NCBI GenBank assembly: GCA_040222015.1
Contig: JAVJWO010000079.1
Span: forward strand, 1-11,279
Source of the DNA: Coleofasciculus chthonoplastes F2-STO-03
GTDB taxonomy: Bacteria; Cyanobacteriota; Cyanobacteriia; Cyanobacteriales; Coleofasciculaceae
Length of the DNA stretch: 11,279 bases
Reading direction: 5' to 3'
Shown piece by piece: positions 1 through 6,402 of this stretch. Positions within the stretch are counted from its first letter, which is position 1, and every line of letters starts with the position of its first letter. A program made the position numbers and the translations under genes. The notes beneath the pieces were generated by a model. The model searched no databases. It had not been told where the DNA came from and saw only the letters and a list, made by a program, of their open reading frames with translations.

Positions 1-66
1 AGCAGGGGGAGCAGGGGAAGCAGGGGGAGCAGGGGAAGCAGGGGGAGCAGGGGAAGCAGGGGGAGC
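1..66. repeat. G-rich tandem repeat: 9-mers AGCAGGGGG / AGCAGGGGA in strict alternation (18-bp period), cut off by the window edge
   Basis: Read directly: 7 full 9-mer units plus AGC. Short tandem repeats of this kind are common in filamentous cyanobacteria. Confidence 0.95.
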
Positions 67-99
67 CATGTTCCAAGACGAGCCATGGAGCGTCTGTGT

Positions 100-165
100 G
101 TAGGGGCGGGTTTAGGGACTAATATTGATTGTTATCCCTAGCTTGGCTGCAAAACCCGCCCCAAC
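100..165. repeat. GTAG-type REP-like inverted repeat (GTAGGGGCGGGTTT...AAACCCGCCCCAAC)
   Basis: Arms 100-113 and 152-165 are reverse complements with 1 mismatch, separated by a 38-nt spacer. The same family occurs at 10775-10840. Confidence 0.9.
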
Positions 166-263
166 CAAATGACAAATGACAAATGACGAATGACAAATGA
201 CGAATGACAAATGACAAATGACAAATGACAAATGACGAATAACAAATGACAAATGACAAATAA
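166..263. repeat. STRR-type heptamer tandem array, 14 units, consensus CAAATGA (variants CGAATGA, CGAATAA, CAAATAA)
   Basis: Counted directly from 166 to 263 with a 7-nt period. The array overlaps the start of the next ORF. Confidence 0.95.
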
Positions 264-777
264 TGAACAGTTAGCACAATGGTTATATCGCCTTGTAGAA
301 ATCCTGCGTAGCCAAGGAAATTCGACATGGCGCAGGTTGGTTCAGACTGTTTCTGGCAAAACGGCTGTCATTGAACTAGATGGAACTCAGTTGCAACTGT
401 GGGCGCAGGGAGATGAGCCGTTGCAGGTTAGCATCGAATCCTTGACAGAACCCCAACCCGTTCACTTTTGCAGCGATGCTGAAACCCTGAGAGATATCAT
501 TACGGGTTCTGTAACATTGGATGCGGCGGTAATGAGTGGCAAAATTTATGTTAGGGGTGATTTACCCGACTTACTGGGTATCAATCAGGTCGTCATGGGC
601 ATTTTAGCCGACAGTGCGATTAATTTACAGTTACAACGCCTCTGGAACGACTTTGATCACCTCTGGTTCCATCCCCCCTCTCCTCCCCCTTGTCAATCCC
701 TTGACCAACAAAAACCATCCTGTGGTTATCTGATCAACCAGATTCCCGCCGACGTACTCAACATTGAAGTGGATTGA
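253..777 (+). CDS. Hypothetical protein, probable SCP2 (sterol carrier protein 2)-like lipid-binding domain
   Basis: 174-aa ORF. The segment VHFCSDAETLRDIITGSVTLDAAVMSGKIYVRGDL resembles the C-terminal half of the SCP2 fold. The start codon lies inside the heptamer array. Confidence 0.65.
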   Translation: MTNNEQLAQWLYRLVEILRSQGNSTWRRLVQTVSGKTAVIELDGTQLQLWAQGDEPLQVSIESLTEPQPVHFCSDAETLRDIITGSVTLDAAVMSGKIYVRGDLPDLLGINQVVMGILADSAINLQLQRLWNDFDHLWFHPPSPPPCQSLDQQKPSCGYLINQIPADVLNIEVD

Positions 778-819
778 CATCACCTGAAAGGGCGATATAC
801 TCTAATTTATCCTTGTCTG

Positions 820-848
820 CTTGGTAAAATTTACGGAGTTTTACCAAG
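820..848. promoter_or_regulatory. Intergenic inverted repeat CTTGGTAAAA-N9-TTTTACCAAG (possible regulator site or hairpin)
   Basis: Perfect 10-bp arms at 820-829 and 839-848, between two co-oriented genes. Confidence 0.4.
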
Positions 849-984
849 ATTCTTAATGAAGATTTAAGATTTTTGACAATTTCGGTTATTGGCGGCGATC
901 GCGCCTATTCTGATATACAGAGCGCCGATTAACGGCGACGCTAACGTTCTGTTCACTCACTTGCCATACCGAGCTAATTATTTT

Positions 985-1278
985 ATGACTACTCTACCTA
1001 CATTGATTCGTTCCCTCGCTTTAACCGCCCTACTCAGCTTTATTGCTCCCGTTGTCCTCTTCTTGGGATTTTTCGCCTTTCTATGCACTATGAGCTGGGT
1101 TCCTGGCTTGGAAACCCTTGGTCAAACAGGCGCAAACGATTTGTTACAATTTCTGGCGATTTTTGGGAACGGCTGTTCCGTGGAAGGGTTGTTCGTGATT
1201 AGCTTAACCTGTAGCTTTGTGGCAGCCTTATTTGATACCTACGCTTTCTATAACTATCAGCATCTCAACAACCACTAA
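985..1278 (+). CDS. Small conserved-type cyanobacterial membrane protein (hypothetical, about 97 aa, two hydrophobic segments)
   Basis: ATG at 985 (MTTLPTLIRSLALTALLSFIAPV...) is preferred over the TTG at 889. Hydrophobic stretches and a C-terminal ...LAIFGNGC...TCSFVAALFDTYAFY motif resemble a cyanobacterial hypothetical family as I recall it. Confidence 0.75.
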   Translation: MTTLPTLIRSLALTALLSFIAPVVLFLGFFAFLCTMSWVPGLETLGQTGANDLLQFLAIFGNGCSVEGLFVISLTCSFVAALFDTYAFYNYQHLNNH

Positions 1279-1362
1279 CATCGACCATTGTAACCAATGA
1301 TTTCCTATATTCGGTTAGATCAACTTTTAGATCACCTTGGGCAACCTGGTTATGGAGCAATC

Positions 1363-1395
1363 AGTCTCCCGTCTTTTTTAACCTGACGGGAGACT
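1363..1395. terminator. Stem-loop between convergent genes; likely terminator or 3'-end stabiliser
   Basis: Perfect 11-bp stem AGTCTCCCGTC / GACGGGAGACT with an 11-nt loop, 23 nt past the glgB stop. No long U-tract on either side. Confidence 0.65.
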
Positions 1396-1418
1396 TCTAG
1401 CTAACCTAGCATAGTCAA

Positions 1419-3719
1419 TCAAGACTGATCCGATTTTAGAGCATCGGCTGTCTTCTCGCGGTTGAGCTTGAGAATTAACACACCCAGGGGAGGCAAACAC
1501 AAGTCCAGAGAATAGGGTTGATTGTGGAACCACCATTCATCCGTCCACTTACCGCCTAAATTCCCCATATTACTCCCACCATACTCGCGAGCATCACTGT
1601 TAAACAGTTCCGTGTAGAAGCCCACTTCTGGAACCCCGACTCGATAGTGGCTGTGGGGCTGAGGTGTGAAATTGCAAACCGCGACAACAAACTCTTCAGA
1701 ATCCTTAGCACGGCGGATAAATGCCACCACGCTATGGCGATTGTCACTACAATCAATCCATTCAAACCCGGCTTCAGCATAATCTTGAGTATAGAGAGCA
1801 GATTCTCGTCGATAGACCTGATTCAAGTCACTCAGAAACAGCTTCAACTGCTGATGGGGTTCGTATTGCAGTAAATGCCATTCTAAATCGCCCCAGACAT
1901 TCCACTCACTCCACTGACCGAACTCCATGCTCATAAACAGGGTGTTCTTGCCGGGATGAGTGAACATATAGGTAAACAAGCAACGGATATTGGCAAACTT
2001 TTGCCACTCATCCCCAGGCATTTTGCCCAGCATATTACTCTTACCATGCACAATCTCATCGTGAGACAACGCCAGCATATAGTTTTCAGCATGGTGATAC
2101 CACATACTGAAGGTGATATTATTCTGGTGGAACTGGCGGAACCAAGGGTCCATGTGGAAATAATCCAGCATGTCGTGCATCCAACCCATGTTCCACTTCA
2201 AATTAAAGCCTAATCCGCCAACGTAGGTGGGCCAAGACACCATGGGCCAATCCGTTGACTCTTCGGCAATGGAGAGGATACCAGGAAAATAGCTAAAGAT
2301 TACATGATTCGCCTGTCGCAGGAAATCGGCGGCTTCAATGTTCTCCCTCCCCCCATACTGGTTCGTCACCCATTCTCCCGGTTGACGACAATAGTCCAGG
2401 TACAGCATCGAGGCGACAGCATCCACACGAATTCCATCGATGTGGTATTTGTCAAACCAGAACAAGGCGTTGGACACCAGGAAGTTACGGACTTCGTTGC
2501 GGTTATAGTTGAAAACTAAGGTTCCCCACTCTTTATGTTCACCCTTACGCGGGTCAGCATGTTCATACAAGTGAGTCCCATCAAAGAATGCTAAACCATG
2601 ACCATCTTTGGGGAAATGACCCGGTACCCAGTCCACAATCACGCCAATCCCATTCTGGTGACACTGATCCACGAAATACATAAAATCGTCAGGTGTCCCA
2701 TAACGAGAGGTGCAGGCAAAGTATCCGGTTACCTGATAGCCCCAAGAGCCGTCAAACGGATGCTCGGCGACGGGGAGTAACTCAATATGAGTAAATCCCA
2801 AGTCTTTAACATAAGGAATTAAGCGATCCGCCAATTCCCGATAGGTGAGAAATCGCGCTCCCGGTTTGAGATCAGACACCATCACCACGGGTTCAGGCTT
2901 GCCATCCGCGCCAATGGCGGGTTCGGCTGAAGAACCATGCAGCCACGAGCCTAAATGCATTTCATAGATAGAAATTGGCTGAGTCAGCGTATCGGTATGG
3001 CGGCGCTGCTCCATCCAGTCTTGATCATTCCAGGTATAGGTATCAAGATCGGCAATAATCGAGGCGGTTTTGGGGCGGATTTCTTGGCGGAAACCATAGG
3101 GGTCAGATTTTTCGTAAATATGCCCGTCATAGTTTTTGATTTCATACTTGTAATGGTCGCCAACTGCCACTTCTGGGATAAACAGTTCCCAAATACCAGT
3201 GTCACCCTTCCGCATTTGGTGCTTGCGCCCATCCCAGTGGTTAAAATCGCCTAAAACCGAAGCGTTGCGAGCATTCGGAGCCCAAACGGCAAAGTAGACA
3301 CCCTGAACTCCATCTATTTCCGTGGGATGGGCTCCTAGTTTCTCGTAGATGCGATGATGATTCCCTTCGGCAAATAAATGCCGATCAAAGTCGGTTAAGC
3401 GTGGCGAACGGAAGGCATACGGATCGTAGATAACCCGCTCATGTTCGCCTTCTTTGAGGCGTAACTGGTAGTTTGCCAGTTCCTCTATATCGATCTGACA
3501 TTCAAAAAAGTGGGGATGATGCACTGATTGCATCGGATAGTCTTGGCGTTGTTCTGGCAGCACAACCCACACGGCGTCAGCATTCGGGAAATACACCCGC
3601 ACTGCCCAGGTGGTCTTTCCATCCTGTTCTAATCGGTGTGGACCCAGTATCTCAAAGGGGTCGTGATGTTGATTCCAGACAATTCGGTCAATCTGTTCAG
3701 GGGCAATCATGGGAAACAT
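1419..3719 (-). CDS. glgB: 1,4-alpha-glucan (glycogen) branching enzyme, GH13
   Basis: 766 aa with N-terminal [12 protein letters not shown]48 [25 protein letters not shown], catalytic [15 protein letters not shown] and LSHDE, and KWNMGWMHD. Confidence 0.99.
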   Translation of the reverse strand: MFPMIAPEQIDRIVWNQHHDPFEILGPHRLEQDGKTTWAVRVYFPNADAVWVVLPEQRQDYPMQSVHHPHFFECQIDIEELANYQLRLKEGEHERVIYDPYAFRSPRLTDFDRHLFAEGNHHRIYEKLGAHPTEIDGVQGVYFAVWAPNARNASVLGDFNHWDGRKHQMRKGDTGIWELFIPEVAVGDHYKYEIKNYDGHIYEKSDPYGFRQEIRPKTASIIADLDTYTWNDQDWMEQRRHTDTLTQPISIYEMHLGSWLHGSSAEPAIGADGKPEPVVMVSDLKPGARFLTYRELADRLIPYVKDLGFTHIELLPVAEHPFDGSWGYQVTGYFACTSRYGTPDDFMYFVDQCHQNGIGVIVDWVPGHFPKDGHGLAFFDGTHLYEHADPRKGEHKEWGTLVFNYNRNEVRNFLVSNALFWFDKYHIDGIRVDAVASMLYLDYCRQPGEWVTNQYGGRENIEAADFLRQANHVIFSYFPGILSIAEESTDWPMVSWPTYVGGLGFNLKWNMGWMHDMLDYFHMDPWFRQFHQNNITFSMWYHHAENYMLALSHDEIVHGKSNMLGKMPGDEWQKFANIRCLFTYMFTHPGKNTLFMSMEFGQWSEWNVWGDLEWHLLQYEPHQQLKLFLSDLNQVYRRESALYTQDYAEAGFEWIDCSDNRHSVVAFIRRAKDSEEFVVAVCNFTPQPHSHYRVGVPEVGFYTELFNSDAREYGGSNMGNLGGKWTDEWWFHNQPYSLDLCLPPLGVLILKLNREKTADALKSDQS

Positions 3720-3906
3720 CGAGGTATCTACTTCAGTGATTGGAAAATGGGTGTTAAATAACTTTAATATTTATATACTTTTTTTGTTTTTTCTACACAT
3801 TCGGGGGAAATTGGGGTATAAGCAAGAGTTATAACCTGTCGGTTTGGTCACCGATCCAGGGCTATCCTTGAGGACAGGGTGCGGCTTCCGGCGTTTTTTG
3901 CTTCGG

Positions 3907-4197
3907 CTAAAACGGTGTGACTGTCCGCCACAGATCAAGCAGTTGCAGCACAAAAACATTGTGCTGGATCTCAGTAGCGAGTTCCGGGGGGGTTGACCGC
4001 TGGGCTAATTCAGCTTTAAGTTGGGCGTATTCTGCGGCTGTAAGCAGTTCCCCATCGATAGGCGATCGCGCTTCGGTGATTATCTCGGTTCTCCACACCT
4101 CTTCGGGTACGTCATCTGGGGGAGGTAACGCCAAAGTCGGTTGAGCCACCCAACCCATTAATCCCAAACAGATACTAAAAAATATACCCTTTTCCAC
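3907..4197 (-). CDS. Conserved-type cyanobacterial hypothetical exported protein (about 96 aa)
   Basis: A GTG start at 4197 gives a signal-peptide-like N-terminus (KGIFFSICLGLMGWVAQPTLA) followed by LPPPDDVPEEVWRTEIITEARSPIDG..LTAAEYAQL. The start is uncertain; the ORF is open up to 4299. Confidence 0.75.
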   Translation of the reverse strand: MEKGIFFSICLGLMGWVAQPTLALPPPDDVPEEVWRTEIITEARSPIDGELLTAAEYAQLKAELAQRSTPPELATEIQHNVFVLQLLDLWRTVTPF

Positions 4198-4423
4198 GCT
4201 TTTAAGCTCAAAATCGTTTCGAGTGTACACAAAGAGGTAGCATCCTACATCTGTTCTGAGTGTAAGCCATAGCTGATCATGTATCCGACATCGTAACACT
4301 ATGGCGCCGAGTCAGAGTATCATATCGGGTGCGAACCTGCCCTAATTCGCGCGATCGCTTCGGAATCCCAAAACCCTGATATTCCGACACAGATACCTGC
4401 TTGCATCAAAATGGGGTGTGTGT

Positions 4424-4488
4424 GTAGGGGCGAGCCGCTTGCACTAATGAACAACTCTATTCCATTCAATTTGTTCGGCTCGCCCTAT
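4424..4488. repeat. GTAG-type REP-like inverted repeat (GTAGGGGCGAGCCG...CGGCTCGCCCTAT)
   Basis: Perfect 10-bp core GGGCGAGCCG (4428-4437) / CGGCTCGCCC (4476-4485) with a 38-nt spacer. Confidence 0.8.
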
Positions 4489-4518
4489 ATTGAACCGTTT
4501 TAGTCAACCCCCAAAAAC

Positions 4519-4552
4519 ATTGTAGAGACGTTGCATGCAACGTCTCTACAAT
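4519..4552. repeat. Perfect 34-bp palindrome with core GTAGAGACGTTGCATGCAACGTCTCTAC (REP-like dispersed repeat)
   Basis: ATTGTAGAGACGTTGCA/TGCAACGTCTCTACAAT is self-complementary. The identical 30-bp core recurs at 11069-11098. Confidence 0.95.
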
Positions 4553-4705
4553 CTGAAAGGACAAGGAATTTAGACATAATTAGGGTTAAATTTGGCTCCA
4601 TCGTTGTATGCTATAGAAGTTATGAATAGTTCTATCTTAATTGATGGGTGAGTGTGATCGGCGCTCAAGCGCAACTACGACCATTTTCGCATAAGACAGG
4701 GAATT

Positions 4706-5560
4706 ATGAAGGTTAGTTTTGGATTTGGGTGCATCGCCAGCCTGATTCTATTGGCTAGTTATCCAGTGCTGACAATATTGACAGAAGCGACTCCTGCTGT
4801 AGCGGATGATACGGGAGTGATTCGGAAAGTTGTACTCCTGGATTTATGGGAAGGGGGTAATGGGTTTCGGTTGTCTCCAGAAGTTACTCAAATTACAGTT
4901 GTTGATAATTACGCGATCGCGCAATGGTTTTGGGACAATAGTACTGGAGAGACGGTTGTGATCAATCAGAATAATCAATGGCACGCGATCGCGTCAACTC
5001 AAACTCCATTTACTCCTAGCACCCTGGCTAGTTATGGGATTCCTCATCAGATGGCGCGACAGTTAATTAATCGCGATCGCGCTAATCCTAGCACACCATC
5101 AGAACAACCTCCCGTAGCGAATATATTCACCCCTGTCTTACCGCAACTCCAGCAACAAACCGATACATTGATTTTATTACCCAGCCAAATGCCGAAGTTT
5201 AAACAGCGGATTTATGTGAATAGTTTTAGGTCACCCCATACCTATAGTATTGCCTTAAGATTAAAGCAAAACTGCAATGGAATCCCGGATTGTACTGTAG
5301 GTGCATTTAGCGCTACGCCAGTGAATCCCAACTATTCTCCCAGCGATGGATTTATCAAAAAAATCCCTCTCACCAATAATATATGGGGATACTTTACACC
5401 AAGTCGATGTCAGGGTTTTTGTACACCATCGGTGATTGAATGGGTGTGGCGAGATACCCATTACCGAATTGCCTTAAAAGGGATGGGGACAGATGTCAAT
5501 CAAGCCGAAGCGATGATGGTCAACATCGCTAATTCTGCGATTGAAGCTGGACCGCGTTAA
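4706..5560 (+). CDS. Hypothetical secreted or periplasmic two-domain protein (284 aa)
   Basis: AGGGA RBS-like sequence upstream, signal peptide ending TPAVA-DD, Pro-rich linker (NPSTPSEQPP), and a C-terminal domain with two close Cys pairs. Contains three HIP1 sites. Confidence 0.85.
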   Translation: MKVSFGFGCIASLILLASYPVLTILTEATPAVADDTGVIRKVVLLDLWEGGNGFRLSPEVTQITVVDNYAIAQWFWDNSTGETVVINQNNQWHAIASTQTPFTPSTLASYGIPHQMARQLINRDRANPSTPSEQPPVANIFTPVLPQLQQQTDTLILLPSQMPKFKQRIYVNSFRSPHTYSIALRLKQNCNGIPDCTVGAFSATPVNPNYSPSDGFIKKIPLTNNIWGYFTPSRCQGFCTPSVIEWVWRDTHYRIALKGMGTDVNQAEAMMVNIANSAIEAGPR

Positions 5561-5618
5561 CATGGAACTTTTAAATCAACCTTTTCCAATAATACAACGT
5601 TGGTAAGACTGACTAAAA

Positions 5619-5813
5619 TTAAACCTTTACAAGAATCCGCTCAAAACTTGGGTTGACATAGACAATGGGATGATCAGGGGCTTGAGCATCGGTAATTACG
5701 ATACCATTACTCGCCGCCGCGATCGCACGTTCGAGCAGGTGTAATTTTTCTTCAGTCTGTTTGCGGGCTGTGATATCGTGGGCAACGGTATAAATTAACC
5801 CTTCGAGTCTCAC
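5619..5813 (-). pseudogene. Fragment of a PAS/PAC sensor gene (end of a PAC motif plus start of a LOV-like PAS domain)
   Basis: EGLIYTVAHDITARKQTEEKL is a PAC end with coiled linker. AIAAASNGIVITDAQAPDHPIVYVNPSFERI is a PAS start that breaks off where TGY would follow. Both ends are missing. Confidence 0.85.
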
Positions 5814-5913
5814 ACCTTGCTATATTTATCCACTTGGGCGGCTAGAACCCCAACGATGGTACGGTGGTTATAGCGCTTCGCGCTGGTATAGTGACAAGTT
5901 AGGATAGAGTAAA

Positions 5914-6192
5914 CTAAGATAAAAGTTGTCTTCCATTTGGAGGTATGAGCAAATAAGTCACTGGGGAACCCCCATGGAAGTAATGCATAATGTCGGACTT
6001 ATTGATATGAAAGTAATCGATTGGGCTGTCATCTGTGAGCAGATAATACATCGAAGTCATGGCTGAACGTTTTTGCCCCACTCGATCGGTTTCAATCATC
6101 ATGCTAGAACGATATGCCTCAGAGTAGTAACCTCCCTCCGGGTGCATTTGCAAGGAGAGCTGTTGGATTAGATCATGATTGTTCATTGTCAT
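5914..6192 (-). pseudogene. 3'-truncated cupin, Cupin_5/DUF985 family
   Basis: LSLQMHPEGGYYSEAYRS, TSMYYLL and FHINKSDIMHYFHGG match the N-terminal half of DUF985. It stops at 92 aa and lacks the C-terminal ..LV.C.V.PGF.F.DF motif present in the intact paralogue. Confidence 0.85.
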
Positions 6193-6402
6193 TTAATTGT
6201 GTTAATAAAACAATCAAGTTAATCAGGGCAATTATAATCTTACACTTAAGGCTTTTTTTGTGCAATATTATGGAAGATTTGTCTGAGTTATAGCTAATTT
6301 GGTTTGTTTGTAAAAAAAATATTAATTAAACCGTTATGGGATATAGATAGGATGTAATATGTTCGATACATCAATAAAAACCTGAGACCCAGAAGTATTT
6401 GT
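6193..6402. promoter_or_regulatory. AT-rich divergent promoter region between the truncated cupin and the AHCY-like gene
   Basis: 210-bp AT-rich spacer between divergent starts, with TATAAT at 6233-6238 on the plus strand. Exact promoters are not resolved. Confidence 0.5.

Noticed and set aside
166..263. Possible CRISPR array
   Set aside because: It is a contiguous 7-nt tandem repeat with no unique spacers, and there are no cas genes in the window.
119..328. 69-aa minus-strand ORF
   Set aside because: It is largely a translation of the heptamer array (HLSFVIC repeats) and overlaps the plus-strand gene.
1556..3739. Many short ORFs overlapping glgB
   Set aside because: They are antisense or alternate-frame shadows of a highly conserved gene and show no recognisable motifs.
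3771..4144. ORFs 3771-3959 (-) and 3917-4144 (+)
   Set aside because: Both overlap the better-supported 3907-4197 gene and have low-complexity, non-protein-like composition.
5619..5813. Functional LOV photoreceptor
   Set aside because: The fragment ends before the region that would hold the GxNCRFLQ motif, and it is too short to fold as a PAS domain.
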